Shown here in pieces: positions 33,979 through 45,014 of a DNA stretch of 64,000 nt. Numbering within the stretch: position 1 is the first letter of the stretch; every line of letters starts with the position of its first letter. The notes below the pieces were generated by a model. It had not been told where the DNA came from, did not search any database, and was given only the letters and a program-made list of their open reading frames with translations. The stretch comes from Syntrophales bacterium (lineage in GTDB: Bacteria > Desulfobacterota > Syntrophia > Syntrophales > UBA2192). Where the stretch lies: the NCBI GenBank assembly GCA_036725345.1, contig DAIMEJ010000005.1:19717-83716 (forward strand), given 5' to 3'. The position numbers and the translations under genes were made by a program.

Positions 33979-34872
33979 CTAAACCACGATCTCCGTACCG
34001 ATGCCCCTGTCAGTGAACATCTCCAGAAGGACGGCGTGTTTGAGCCGGCCGTCCACGATGTGTGCCTTCCGGACGCCGCCTTTCAGGGCCTTGAGACAGC
34101 ATTTCACCTTGGGATACATGCCGCCCGAGATGGTCCCGTCCTCGATGAAGCCCAGGGCGTCGTGGTCGGTCATGGTGTTGACCAGGGCACCTTTCTTATC
34201 CAGCACGCCCGGCACATCGGTGAGAAGAACCATCTTCTCAGCCTCCAGGGCCGCGGCGATTTCACCCGCGACGATGTCCGCGTTGATGTTGTAAGTCTCT
34301 CCCTTCTCACCGGCGCCCGTAGGCGCAATGACCGGGATGAAGCCTTCGGCGGTCAGGGAATTGATCAGCTTCGCGTTGATTTCCCGGACCCTTCCCACCA
34401 GGCCGATATCGATAATCTCCGGCGGTGTGTCTTTCGCCTTGTCCTCGCTCAGGTAGTATTTCTCCGCCCGGATGAGGTTCCCGTCCTTGCCGGAGAGCCC
34501 CACGGCCTTTCCGCCGTGATGATTGATGAGACCGACGATTTCCTTGTTGACTTGCCCGACGAGTACCATCTCGACGATGCTCATGGTTTCCTCGTCCGTG
34601 ACGCGCATCCCCTGAACGAACCGGGACTCCTTGCCGAACTTTTTCAGGGTGGTTCCGATCTGCGGCCCGCCGCCGTGGACGACCACGGGGTTGATGCCGA
34701 TGTATTTCATCATGACCACGTCCATGGCGAACATTTTCTTCAGTTCCTCGTCCACCATGGCATGGCCGCCGTACTTGATCACGACGGTTTTATTGTAGAA
34801 CCGCTGGATATAGGGCAAGGCCTCCAGCAGGATGTCCGCCCGCTCCACGGATTTCTGTATGCTGTCCACCAT
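33979..34872 (-). CDS. argB: acetylglutamate kinase
   Basis: [18 protein letters not shown] and [13 protein letters not shown] motifs. Confidence 0.95.
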   Translation of the reverse strand: MVDSIQKSVERADILLEALPYIQRFYNKTVVIKYGGHAMVDEELKKMFAMDVVMMKYIGINPVVVHGGGPQIGTTLKKFGKESRFVQGMRVTDEETMSIVEMVLVGQVNKEIVGLINHHGGKAVGLSGKDGNLIRAEKYYLSEDKAKDTPPEIIDIGLVGRVREINAKLINSLTAEGFIPVIAPTGAGEKGETYNINADIVAGEIAAALEAEKMVLLTDVPGVLDKKGALVNTMTDHDALGFIEDGTISGGMYPKVKCCLKALKGGVRKAHIVDGRLKHAVLLEMFTDRGIGTEIVV

Positions 34873-34886
34873 GCTCTTTCCTCGCT

Positions 34887-34956
34887 CAGGGTCACGGGTT
34901 CCGGGTACCGGGTTCAGGGCCTTTTTGCGTCATTCTCACCACTCACCACTCACCAC
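34887..34956. repeat. tandem heptamer repeat element (G-quadruplex motif block plus TCACCAC x3)
   Basis: 34887-34921 reads CAGGGTC ACGGGTT CCGGGTA CCGGGTT CAGGGCC. 34936-34956 reads TCACCAC three times, perfect. Confidence 0.8.
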
Positions 34957-34958
34957 TG

Positions 34959-36338
34959 TTATAGGATGTACCGGCTCAGGTCCTCGTCTTCGATGATGTC
35001 CTGAAGTTTTTCCTTGACGTACTCGGCGTTGATCGTCACGTCCTTCTTTTTCATCTCCGAGGCGCCAAAAGAGATCTCGTCCAGAAGGGTTTCCATCACC
35101 GTGTAGAGTCTTCGGGCGCCGATGTTCTCCGTCCGTTCATTCACCAGGGAGGCCACCCCCGCGACCTCCGCGATCGCGTCTTCCGTAAAGGTGATATCGA
35201 TGCCTTCCGTTGCAAGCATTTCGATATACTGCTTCACCAGCGCGTTCGAGGGTTCCGTCAGAATCCGGACGAAGTCCTCCTTCGTGAGCGAATCCAGCTC
35301 CACGCGGATGGGAAAGCGGCCCTGCAGCTCCGGGATGAGGTCCGAGGGCTTGGAAGAACTGAAGGCCCCCGCCGCGATGAAGAGGACGTGATCCGTCCTC
35401 ACCATGCCGTATTTCGTGTTGACCGTGGATCCCTCCACGATGGGCAGGAGGTCCCTCTGGACACCCTCGCGGGACACATCGGGCCCATGGGCGCTGTTGC
35501 TCCCGACGATCTTGTCGATTTCGTCGAGAAAGATGATCCCCGACTGTTCCACGCGGGTGAGGGACGTCCGGACCACCTTGTCCATGTCGATGAGCCTCTG
35601 GACCTCTTCCTCGATGAGGATCTCCATCGCCTCCGGAACCTTGACCCTTCTTCGCTTCATTTTTTTCGGGAAGATGTTTCCGAACATCTCCTTGATGTTC
35701 AGGCCCAGATCCTCGACACCGGAAGCGGAGAACACCTCGACAAAGGGGCCCACCCGGGTGTCGGCCACATCCAGATCGACGAGCCGGTTGTCCAGTTCCC
35801 CCCGACGAAGGAGCTGCCTCAATTTCTCGCGGGTATCCTGTCTCGCGACAGCCCCATTCGAATCGGCCTGCTCACGCTCTTCCTCGGGGAGTTCCACCTT
35901 CCGCGTTTCCGTTTTCCGGTGCGGGAAGAGGATATCCAGGATCCGCTCCTCGGCCAGCTCTTCAGCCTTGAAACGGACCCTTTCCATTTCTTCCGACTTC
36001 ACCATGTTGACGGCGATCTCGACGAGATCCCTGATCATGGAATCGACGTCACGCCCCACATATCCCACCTCGGTGAACTTGGACGCCTCGATCTTGAGGA
36101 AGGGCGAATTGTCGAGCTTGGCCAGCCTGCGGGCGATCTCCGTCTTTCCCACGCCGGTGGGCCCGATCATGATGATATTCTTCGGCGCGATCTCGTCCCG
36201 GAGATCCTCGGAAACATTCTGGCGTCGCCAGCGGTTCCGGAGGGCTATCGCCACGGCACGCTTCGCGTTATTCTGACCGACAATATACCGGTCGAGTTCA
36301 GCTACGATTTTCTTGGGGGTCAGTTCTTCCGATGACAT
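34959..36338 (-). CDS. hslU: ATP-dependent protease ATPase subunit HslU
   Basis: Start set at the ATG at 36338 ([22 protein letters not shown]). [15 protein letters not shown] Walker A and [10 protein letters not shown] Walker B. Confidence 0.95.
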   Translation of the reverse strand: MSSEELTPKKIVAELDRYIVGQNNAKRAVAIALRNRWRRQNVSEDLRDEIAPKNIIMIGPTGVGKTEIARRLAKLDNSPFLKIEASKFTEVGYVGRDVDSMIRDLVEIAVNMVKSEEMERVRFKAEELAEERILDILFPHRKTETRKVELPEEEREQADSNGAVARQDTREKLRQLLRRGELDNRLVDLDVADTRVGPFVEVFSASGVEDLGLNIKEMFGNIFPKKMKRRRVKVPEAMEILIEEEVQRLIDMDKVVRTSLTRVEQSGIIFLDEIDKIVGSNSAHGPDVSREGVQRDLLPIVEGSTVNTKYGMVRTDHVLFIAAGAFSSSKPSDLIPELQGRFPIRVELDSLTKEDFVRILTEPSNALVKQYIEMLATEGIDITFTEDAIAEVAGVASLVNERTENIGARRLYTVMETLLDEISFGASEMKKKDVTINAEYVKEKLQDIIEDEDLSRYIL

Positions 36339-36425
36339 CCTGTTTCGTCCCGCAGGCTCCTCTGTTTCATGTGGCACGGGCCATGGGCCCGATCCGTTCA
36401 ACGCTTGTCACCCGGCGCGCATCCG

Positions 36426-37007
36426 TCAGGGTTTCTTCTTCGTCCTGTGAACCGGCGGCTCCGGCGGTTCCGCCGTGTCCAGCTCCTCGATGGTCACTCG
36501 GTCGTTGGTGAAGATGCACAGGTCGGCGGCGATTCGCATGGCCTCTTTCGCGATTCCCGTGGCATCGAGGTCCGAATGTTTGATGAGCGCTCTCGCCGCC
36601 GCGAGGGCGTAAGGACCGCCGGATCCGATGGCAGCCACGTTGTCGTCGGACTCGATGACGTCGCCGTTGCCCGAGATGATGAGAAAGTGCTCCTTGCTGA
36701 CGGCCACCATCAGGGCCTCCAGGTGCCTCAAAACCCTGTCCGTCCTCCAGTCCTTGGTCAGTTCCACGGCGGCTCGAAGCAGGTTGCCGTTGTATTGATC
36801 CAGCTTCTGGTCAAACCGGTCAAAAAGGGTAAAGGCATCGGCCGTCGCGCCGGCAAAGCCGACGATCACCTGGTTGTGATAAAGCCGCCGGACCTTCCTG
36901 GCACCGTGCTTGAGCACGGTGTTGTCCAGGGTGACCTGACCGTCACCGGCCACCGTGACCCTTCCCCTGTGCCGCACCGCAATAATCGTCGTGCCTTTCA
37001 TCATCAT
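36426..37007 (-). CDS. hslV: ATP-dependent protease subunit HslV
   Basis: [10 protein letters not shown]-terminal Thr nucleophile region and a [14 protein letters not shown] motif. Upstream of hslU. Confidence 0.93.
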   Translation of the reverse strand: MMMKGTTIIAVRHRGRVTVAGDGQVTLDNTVLKHGARKVRRLYHNQVIVGFAGATADAFTLFDRFDQKLDQYNGNLLRAAVELTKDWRTDRVLRHLEALMVAVSKEHFLIISGNGDVIESDDNVAAIGSGGPYALAAARALIKHSDLDATGIAKEAMRIAADLCIFTNDRVTIEELDTAEPPEPPVHRTKKKP

Positions 37008-37085
37008 TTTAGTCCGTCTCGTCTGTCTGGTCTATTTGGTTCTTTCGCACCACTTTGCATTTTTCACTCATTACTGTCTCTGCCG

Positions 37086-38015
37086 TCACTTCGCCCTCGG
37101 GTGCGACTTGTCGTACACCTCCATCAGGCGACTCACGCTCACCGCCGTGTATTTCTGCGTCGTCGACAGGCTTTCGTGACCGAGCAACTCCTGAATGACA
37201 CGGAGATCCGCACCGGCGTCGAGAAGGTGAGTCGCGAAAGAATGCCGCAGCGTGTGCGGCCCGACCCGTTTGTTCACCCCGCTCATGCGGATGTATTTCT
37301 CGACGATCCGGGCCACGCTTCTTTCCGTCAGCCTCGTGCCCAGCCGATTCACGAAAATCGGGGCCTCGAGGTAGTTCTCCGCCCTGGCCCGGACCAGCGC
37401 TTTCCGTTTCTGAAGGTACGCCGAAAGGGCCGAGATCGCCGGCTTCCCCACAGGAACGATCCTTTCTTTCCTGCCCTTTCCCTTGACCTTCATGACGCCC
37501 TGGCCAAGATCGACATCCCCGAGATTAAGACCCGTCAGTTCTCCAACCCGGACACCTGAAGAGTAGATGAGCTCCAGGATGGCCCTGTCCCGTCGTCCCG
37601 CCGGATCGTCCCCGAAGGCCACTTTCAAAAGCGAGAACACCTCGTCCACCGAGAGGCTGACCGGCAGGTACTTATCCCTTCGGGGCGACTGGACCATTTC
37701 GGCGGGGCTCTGCCTCACCCTTCCCCGCCGCACGAGGAAATTGAAAAAGGATCGAAGCGCCGCCACCTTCCGGGACACGGTGCTCCTTTTCGTCTTGTTC
37801 CGATAGAGGGAACTCAGAAAGGACCGGATGACCATGTGGTCGATCTGGTCCAGCCTCCCCCTCGGCAGCAGCTCCTGCCCCTCGAGAAATCCCCTGAACT
37901 GATTCAGGTCAATGAGGTAATTCCGCTTCGTGTGAGGGCTCAGGTTCCGCTCGCTTTCCAGGTGGACGCCGAACTCCCCGATGAGCTTCTCCAGTGTGGT
38001 GTCGCCTTTTGTCAT
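37086..38015 (-). CDS. xerC: tyrosine recombinase XerC/XerD family
   Basis: Start set at the ATG at 38015. GVRVGELTGL Arg box and C-terminal HTLRHSFATHLLDAGADLRVIQELLGHESLSTTQKY. The xerC-hslVU context supports XerC. Confidence 0.85.
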   Translation of the reverse strand: MTKGDTTLEKLIGEFGVHLESERNLSPHTKRNYLIDLNQFRGFLEGQELLPRGRLDQIDHMVIRSFLSSLYRNKTKRSTVSRKVAALRSFFNFLVRRGRVRQSPAEMVQSPRRDKYLPVSLSVDEVFSLLKVAFGDDPAGRRDRAILELIYSSGVRVGELTGLNLGDVDLGQGVMKVKGKGRKERIVPVGKPAISALSAYLQKRKALVRARAENYLEAPIFVNRLGTRLTERSVARIVEKYIRMSGVNKRVGPHTLRHSFATHLLDAGADLRVIQELLGHESLSTTQKYTAVSVSRLMEVYDKSHPRAK

Positions 38016-38108
38016 TTCACAAAAAGAAGTGCCACGAAAACACACAAGGGAGGACCTCACATCGGATTCAGGGCCGGTTGTTCGTCCGTGTGTTCTTGTG
38101 GCAGATAT

Positions 38109-38342
38109 TTATATCACGAGCCTGATCCCGGCGTAGTAACAGCAGCAGGCATTTGAAAAGTTATTGTCGAAAACCCTCGTCCGTCCGTCCCTGAAGGATA
38201 TCTTCACGTATGAGATGCCGCCGAGGACCATGGAATTCCACTCCTCGACAACGACGCCCATACCCCACTGGGGATAACGTTGATGGACGACCTTGTCGCC
38301 CATCTTCAGATAAATTTTCCGGATCTCTTCCATGACCGACAC
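38109..38342 (-). CDS. small conserved protein, DUF3553-like
   Basis: 77 aa. GDKVVHQRYPQWGMGVVVEE resembles DUF3553-type proteins, recalled from memory and not searched. Confidence 0.45.
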   Translation of the reverse strand: MSVMEEIRKIYLKMGDKVVHQRYPQWGMGVVVEEWNSMVLGGISYVKISFRDGRTRVFDNNFSNACCCYYAGIRLVI

Positions 38343-38390
38343 CCTGAGGGAAAGGAAACCTTCGGTCCGCCGGATACGGTCCCCGACAAA

Positions 38391-38891
38391 CTACATCTTG
38401 TACTTCCCGAAATCCTCGTCGGAAAGGTTTTCCAAAAAATCCTTCAATTCCTCCTTCTTGAGTTTGTCCAGTTCTTCCCCCTTCTTGACAAAATCGATGC
38501 TCCGCGACTTCTCGATGACCTGTTCGGCAATATAAATCGGGGCGTTGACCCTGAGCGCCAGCGCGATGGCATCACTCGGACGAGAGTCTATGGTCACGAC
38601 CTTGCCGTCCTTCATGAGGTGGATCAGGGCGAAGAAGGTGTTGTTTTTCAAATCGATGATTTCGATCTTGATGACCTTGCCATCCAGAATCTTCACCATC
38701 TCCCTTAGAAGGTCATGGGTCATCGGACGGGAGAAACTGATCTTCTCGAGCTCCGTCGCGATCGCGCTTGCCTCGAAAAGCCCGATCCAGATGGGGACCG
38801 CCCTTTTCCCGTCCAGGTCCTTCAGGATCACAATGGGTGTGTTCGTCAGGGGGTCTATCGTCAGACCCGAGACCTTCATTTCAACAAACAT
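38391..38891 (-). CDS. bifunctional nuclease (BFN/DUF151) family protein
   Basis: PIVILKDLDGKRAVPIWIGLFEASAI and RPMTHDLL motifs. Confidence 0.8.
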   Translation of the reverse strand: MFVEMKVSGLTIDPLTNTPIVILKDLDGKRAVPIWIGLFEASAIATELEKISFSRPMTHDLLREMVKILDGKVIKIEIIDLKNNTFFALIHLMKDGKVVTIDSRPSDAIALALRVNAPIYIAEQVIEKSRSIDFVKKGEELDKLKKEELKDFLENLSDEDFGKYKM

Positions 38892-38901
38892 TCACAACCT
38901 C

Positions 38902-40236
38902 CTAGACGCTTGATCCATCCGCCGGCTCGCCGCGAAGCGAATGCTGATAGGCCGCCGAAATACGAACGGAAACGGTCCGGCCCAGACAGTTTGACCGTGA
39001 GCCGAAGTTCACAATCCGGTTCGTCCGCGTCCGCCCCGTGAACTCCCGCCGGTTCTGCTTGCTGTATCCCTCGACGAGCACGGCCTCCGTCCGCCCGACA
39101 CAGGCCAGATTTTTCTGCAGCGTGTGCCTGTCCTGGAGGGCCTGAAGCTCCCGCAGCCTGAGACCTTTCTCCGCCTCGGGCACTTTCCCGTCCAGCTGCG
39201 ACGCCCCCGTTCCCGGCCGCGCCGAGTATTTGAAGGAAAAAAGACCGTCGAACCTGATGTTTTCCATCAGGTCCAGGGTGGCCCGGAAATCCTTCTCCGT
39301 CTCACCGGGGAAGCCGACAATCATGTCGGAGGTGATACTGATATCCGGACAGGCCTCCCGGAGCCTTTCCACCTTCGCGAGGTATTCCCCCATCGTGTAA
39401 CAACGGTTCATCCGCTCCAGGATCCGGTCCGACCCGGACTGCACCGGCAGATGGATGTGCTCGCAGACTGTCTCGACCTCCTTGAAACAGCGAATGATAT
39501 CCCCTGTGAGGTCCCGGGGATGAGAGGTCGTGAAACGGATTCTCTCGATACCGTCCACCTCGCCGACGGCTCTCAGAAGCGACGCGAAGTTGTGACCGTT
39601 CCCGAGGGTCTTGCCGTAGGAATTCACATTCTGACCGAGCAGGGTCACCTCTTTGACGCCGGAGGCGGCCAGGAGCCTTATCTCCGACACAATGTCCCCG
39701 AACTTTCGGCTCTCTTCCGCGCCCCTCAGATAAGGCACCACGCAAAAGGCGCAAAAATTGTTGCAGCCTTGCATGATGGTCACAAAGGCCGTGACGGTTC
39801 CCCTTTCGGGAATCGTGACGATGCCGGTGGAAGACACCGTCTCATGGAAAGCCGTCTCGACGACGGGTGACCCCGTCCGCTCAACGGACGCGATGACCGA
39901 CGGAAGTCTGTGAATATTATGGGTTCCCAGGACAAAGTCAAGGCCTGGAATTTTTTTAAAGAACTCACCGCCCAGCTGCTGGGCCAGGCAGCCGCTCACC
40001 CCCAGGATGAGCCCGGGCTTTCTTTCTTTCATCCCCCGGTACCGGCCCAGTTGACTGTAGGCCTTCTGGTCGGCTTTTTCCCTGATGCTGCACGTATTGA
40101 CGATGATGAGATCAGCCCGCTTCGGCTCTCGCGTCGGTTCATAACCGTGCCCCCTGAGCAGTTCTATCATCTGCTCGGAGTCATGGACGTTCATCTGGCA
40201 GCCGAAGGTCTGAACATAAATTTTCCTGGTGCTCAA
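38902..40236 (-). CDS. miaB: tRNA-2-methylthio-N6-dimethylallyladenosine synthase
   Basis: UPF0004 N-terminus (FGCQMNVHDSE), radical SAM CNNFCAFCVVP motif and a TRAM C-terminus. Confidence 0.93.
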   Translation of the reverse strand: MSTRKIYVQTFGCQMNVHDSEQMIELLRGHGYEPTREPKRADLIIVNTCSIREKADQKAYSQLGRYRGMKERKPGLILGVSGCLAQQLGGEFFKKIPGLDFVLGTHNIHRLPSVIASVERTGSPVVETAFHETVSSTGIVTIPERGTVTAFVTIMQGCNNFCAFCVVPYLRGAEESRKFGDIVSEIRLLAASGVKEVTLLGQNVNSYGKTLGNGHNFASLLRAVGEVDGIERIRFTTSHPRDLTGDIIRCFKEVETVCEHIHLPVQSGSDRILERMNRCYTMGEYLAKVERLREACPDISITSDMIVGFPGETEKDFRATLDLMENIRFDGLFSFKYSARPGTGASQLDGKVPEAEKGLRLRELQALQDRHTLQKNLACVGRTEAVLVEGYSKQNRREFTGRTRTNRIVNFGSRSNCLGRTVSVRISAAYQHSLRGEPADGSSV

Positions 40237-40383
40237 GATCTCAAAACATCCAAAAAATATGAATACTTCCCTGATGGAAACCTAATACATGGAAATGCCA
40301 TAGTCAACAGATATTTCTCACCCGCTCAGGCAGATGCCGATCCTGCCGATGTTCCCGGGCCGACGGGTGAAATTCCACGCCGA

Positions 40384-40417
40384 AAGAAAAAAGGGTTCCG
40401 CCGTTTCGGCGGAACCC
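40384..40417 (-). terminator. Rho-independent terminator after the protease gene
   Basis: GGGTTCCGCCG-aaa-CGGCGGAACCC on the minus strand, followed by TTTTTTCTT. Confidence 0.8.
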
Positions 40418-40444
40418 TCCCGATTGCTCAGGGTTCATAAGAAA

Positions 40445-41578
<1,134 letters not shown>

Positions 41579-41803
41579 CCTGTTACCTCCTCAGAGAAAA
41601 TCAAAAAGAGGCGGCATATATAGTCAAAGGTTCATCATTTATCAACAATATTGTTTCAGCGGGACGAAGCGGTATCAGGCGCTCATCCGCAGGGTCCTTC
41701 GATGGAAGCTCAACAGGACCCCGCATTTACTTCTTTTTCTTCCCCTGCTCCTCACCGCCGCGTACACCCTGTCAGGGTTGCCTCCCGCCTTGAACAGCAT
41801 TTA

Positions 41804-42517
41804 TCAAATGTTCTCCCTCCGGACGCCTGCGACATAGAGATGACAGATGCCGAACGTCAGCGGACGAACCTCCAGCACATCGAATCCCTGCTCCTCCACC
41901 CGCCGCACCACCTCCTTCGGCGCGGGGAAGGCCTTCACCGTATCACGCAGGTAGGCATAGGGCTCCCGGCTCCCCGATACCATTCCGCCGATGAAGGGCA
42001 GGAGCCGTTCGAGATAAAAGAGATAGGGACGTCGAAAAAGGGGCTGACCCGGGAGGGAGAATTCAAGGATCGCTATTTTCCCCCCCCTTTGCAGGAGTCT
42101 TCGGACCCCGCTGAAGAGCCTTTTCCAGTCCGCAATGTTTCGAATGCCGTATGAAACCATGGCGTGATCAAACACACCGTCCCTGAAGGGCATGGCGCAG
42201 GCGTCCGCCCGAACCGGGAAGTAACGGACCCCGCGGTGTTTTTTTTTGTTCTTTCGCGCGGCCACTGTAAGCATCAAGGGCGACAGATCGATCCCCACGA
42301 CGGAGCACTTTTCTCTTTTCATCGCCGCGAAAGCCAGGTCCCCCGTGCCCGTCGCGATATCGAGGACGAGGTCCCCATCCTTCATGCGGAGGGATTTGAC
42401 CGCCATCCTGCGCCACATGAAATCAATGCCGAGCGAGAGAAGATGATTCAGAAGGTCGTAGGACGGCGCAACCCTGTCAAACATACCCGCCATGGTCTTT
42501 GCGCCCCTGTTCTCCAT
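41804..42517 (-). CDS. ubiE: demethylmenaquinone / ubiquinone-menaquinone biosynthesis methyltransferase
   Basis: FDRVAPSYDLLNHLLSLGIDFMWRR and VLDIATGTGD SAM motif. Confidence 0.88.
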   Translation of the reverse strand: MENRGAKTMAGMFDRVAPSYDLLNHLLSLGIDFMWRRMAVKSLRMKDGDLVLDIATGTGDLAFAAMKREKCSVVGIDLSPLMLTVAARKNKKKHRGVRYFPVRADACAMPFRDGVFDHAMVSYGIRNIADWKRLFSGVRRLLQRGGKIAILEFSLPGQPLFRRPYLFYLERLLPFIGGMVSGSREPYAYLRDTVKAFPAPKEVVRRVEEQGFDVLEVRPLTFGICHLYVAGVRRENI

Positions 42518-42723
42518 CCTTTTTCCCCGCCTGAAAGAAATTCCCGTTAATGACCGATCAAAGTGACAAAAAATCAGAGTAATAGGCTAATATATAATAA
42601 TACCGAATGCTTAGAAAAAATAAAATGGGGCGTTGTCCCCGATTTCCTTCTGTGCTATTAGGACGCAACCTGAAGGACAAGCAAAAAAATTAGGATTTTT
42701 CTCGTAAAAATGAAAAATTTTCT

Positions 42724-42771
42724 TGCCTATATATTGTATTAAGGTTAAAATTCAACCACAACATATTGGGG
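42724..42771 (+). promoter_or_regulatory. tandem NrdR boxes upstream of nrdD
   Basis: TGCCTATATATTGTAT (42724-42739) and CCACAACATATTGGGG (42756-42771) both fit the 16-bp NrdR palindrome acaCwAtATaTwGtgt as recalled. Their starts are 32 bp apart (three helical turns), 44 nt before the nrdD ATG. Confidence 0.6.
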
Positions 42772-42814
42772 TAAAGCATTCTTATTTCTAAAATTCGAAA
42801 AAAAGGAGGGGTGA

Positions 42815-44896
42815 ATGCACATCGAAATACGCAAGCGTGACGGGCGTTTAGTCAAATTTGACGCCCAGAAAATCACGAATGCGATCGCCAAAGCCGGCGC
42901 CGCATCCGGCGAGTTCGACGAAGAAACCTCAAGAAAACTGACCATCAAGGTTCTGGCCTGCGCCGAAAGACTCTTCGAAACGGACATCCCGAGCGTTGAA
43001 GAAATCCAGGACATCGTGGAGGAAATCCTTCTGTCCTCGCCCTATCGCAGGACTGCCAAGGCTTATATCATATATCGTGAACAACATGCCAGGCTTCGAG
43101 ACATCACCAACAAGATGGAAGTGGACCTGGTGGATCAATACCTGAAGAAATCGGACTGGAAAATCAACGAGAACAGCAATATGGACTACTCCCTCCAGGG
43201 GCTCAACAACTACATCTCCTCGGAGGTGAGCAAGGTCTACTGGCTCAATGAAATCTACTCCCCCGAGATCCGGAGAGCCCACACAGATGGCGATTTCCAC
43301 ATCCATGATTTAAGCCTCCTTTCCGTCTACTGTGTGGGCTGGGATCTCTATGACCTCCTCAACGAGGGGTTCCGGGGCGTCTCCGGGAAGGTGGAAAGCC
43401 GTCCGGCCAAGCATCTGCGGAGCGCCCTCGGGCAGGTCATCAATTTCTTCTACACCCTGCAGGGCGAGGCGGCCGGGGCGCAGGCCTTTTCCAATTTCGA
43501 CACCCTCATGGCCCCCTTCATCCGCTACGACGGCCTCCAGTACCGGGAGATCAAGCAGGCCCTGCAGGAATTCATCTTCAACATCAACGTCCCCACGAGG
43601 GTCGGTTTCCAGACACCCTTCACGAACGTGACCCTGGACGTCATGGTGCCGAGTTTCTACCGGGACATGAACGTCATCATCGGCGGGGAGGCGCAGAAGG
43701 AAACGTACGGTGAATTTCAGCACGAGATGAACCTTTTCAACAAGGCGTTCTTAGAGGTGATGGCGGAGGGGGATGCGAAGGGAAGAGTCTTCACATTCCC
43801 CATCCCCACCTACAACATCACGAAGGATTTCGACTGGGACAACCCCGTCCTCAAGGGGTTGTGGGACATGAGCGCGAAATACGGCGTTCCCTACTTCTCG
43901 AACTTCGTCAATTCCGACATGAACCCCGAGGACGCCAGGAGCATGTGCTGCAGGCTCCGCATCGACAACCGGGAGCTGGAAACGAGGGGCGGGGGCCTCT
44001 TCGGGTCGAATCCGCTGACGGGTTCCATCGGGGTGGTCACCGTCAACATGCCGAGGATCGGCTACCTGAGCAAGACCGAAGAGGATTTCAAGAAGCGCCT
44101 CGAGCGTCTCATGGTCATGGCCAGGGAAAGCCTGGAGACGAAGCGCAAGGTCTTGGAGAAATTCACCGAGGGCAATCTCTACCCCTACACGAAATACTAC
44201 CTGCGCAACATCAAGACCAAGCTCGGCGCGTACTGGAAGAACCACTTCTCGACGATCGGGCTCGTGGGCATGAACGAGGCCTGCGTGAATTTCATGGGCA
44301 AGAACATCGGGTCGAAGGAGGGACAGGAATTCACGAAGCGCATCCTCGACTTCATGCGGGTGAAACTCAATGATTTCCAGCGGGAGACGGGCAACAACTA
44401 CAACCTCGAGGCGACACCCGCCGAGGGCACCTCCTTCCGGCTGGCCCAGATCGACGTGAAGAAGTACCCCGACATTTACACGGCCACCGGCCGCGCCAAC
44501 GGGAAGGCCGCCTTCTACACGAACTCGACACAGCTGCCCGTCAATTACACCGACGACGTCTTCGAGGCCCTGGACCTGCAGGACGACATCCAGAGGCGTT
44601 ACACGGGAGGCACCGTTTTCCACACCTTCATCGGCGAGCGGATCCAGGAGGCCCAGGCCGCAAAGGTTCTGGTGAAGAAGATCTGCGACAATTACCACCT
44701 GCCCTATTTCACTTTCTCGCCCACCTTCAGCGTCTGCCCGAACCACGGCTACCTGAAGGGTGAAATCGCCGCCTGCCCGCAGTGCGGCGATGAATGCGAG
44801 ATCTATTCCCGCATCGTCGGATACCTGCGTCCGACGAAGCAGTGGAACAAGGGCAAGCAGGAAGAGTTTATGATGAGAAAAGCCTTCAAGTTGTGA
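42815..44896 (+). CDS. nrdD: anaerobic ribonucleoside-triphosphate reductase (class III)
   Basis: 693 aa with an N-terminal ATP-cone, the C-terminal CPQCGDECEIYSRIVGYLRP Zn-ribbon and a glycyl-radical region. Confidence 0.95.
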   Translation: MHIEIRKRDGRLVKFDAQKITNAIAKAGAASGEFDEETSRKLTIKVLACAERLFETDIPSVEEIQDIVEEILLSSPYRRTAKAYIIYREQHARLRDITNKMEVDLVDQYLKKSDWKINENSNMDYSLQGLNNYISSEVSKVYWLNEIYSPEIRRAHTDGDFHIHDLSLLSVYCVGWDLYDLLNEGFRGVSGKVESRPAKHLRSALGQVINFFYTLQGEAAGAQAFSNFDTLMAPFIRYDGLQYREIKQALQEFIFNINVPTRVGFQTPFTNVTLDVMVPSFYRDMNVIIGGEAQKETYGEFQHEMNLFNKAFLEVMAEGDAKGRVFTFPIPTYNITKDFDWDNPVLKGLWDMSAKYGVPYFSNFVNSDMNPEDARSMCCRLRIDNRELETRGGGLFGSNPLTGSIGVVTVNMPRIGYLSKTEEDFKKRLERLMVMARESLETKRKVLEKFTEGNLYPYTKYYLRNIKTKLGAYWKNHFSTIGLVGMNEACVNFMGKNIGSKEGQEFTKRILDFMRVKLNDFQRETGNNYNLEATPAEGTSFRLAQIDVKKYPDIYTATGRANGKAAFYTNSTQLPVNYTDDVFEALDLQDDIQRRYTGGTVFHTFIGERIQEAQAAKVLVKKICDNYHLPYFTFSPTFSVCPNHGYLKGEIAACPQCGDECEIYSRIVGYLRPTKQWNKGKQEEFMMRKAFKL

Positions 44897-44956
44897 AGGC
44901 GCACGCGGCAGACCGTGGAAAGCGTTTCCAGGTTAACGACTCATTAACCCCTTGAG

Positions 44957-44990
44957 GACGCTGCGGCACCGGATCCAGGGCGCCGCAGCG
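44957..44990 (+). terminator. hairpin after nrdD (weak T tract)
   Basis: ACGCTGCGGC-14 nt-GCCGCAGCGT followed by TCGTCGTTTC. Confidence 0.45.
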
Positions 44991-45014
44991 TTCGTCGTTT
45001 CGCGGAAGACCTCT

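Noticed and set aside
33739-35004. 421-aa plus-strand ORF
   Set aside because: Antisense to argD and argB, both of which have unmistakable motifs. It has the low-complexity composition of a shadow ORF.
36369-37559. 396-aa plus-strand ORF
   Set aside because: Antisense to hslV and xerC. It is a shadow ORF.
38013-38032. TGGCAC-n-TTTGT motif on the minus strand, resembling a sigma-54 -24/-12 promoter
   Set aside because: The spacing to the -12 element is off by one and reads TTGT rather than TTGC. The motif also ends only a few nucleotides before the xerC start codon, too close to act as its promoter.
42583-42600. AT-only stretch TAATATATAATAATA, considered as a third NrdR box
   Set aside because: It lacks the flanking C and G positions of the NrdR palindrome and is indistinguishable from generic AT-rich leader sequence.
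43751-44746. 331-aa minus-strand ORF
   Set aside because: Antisense to nrdD. It is a shadow ORF.
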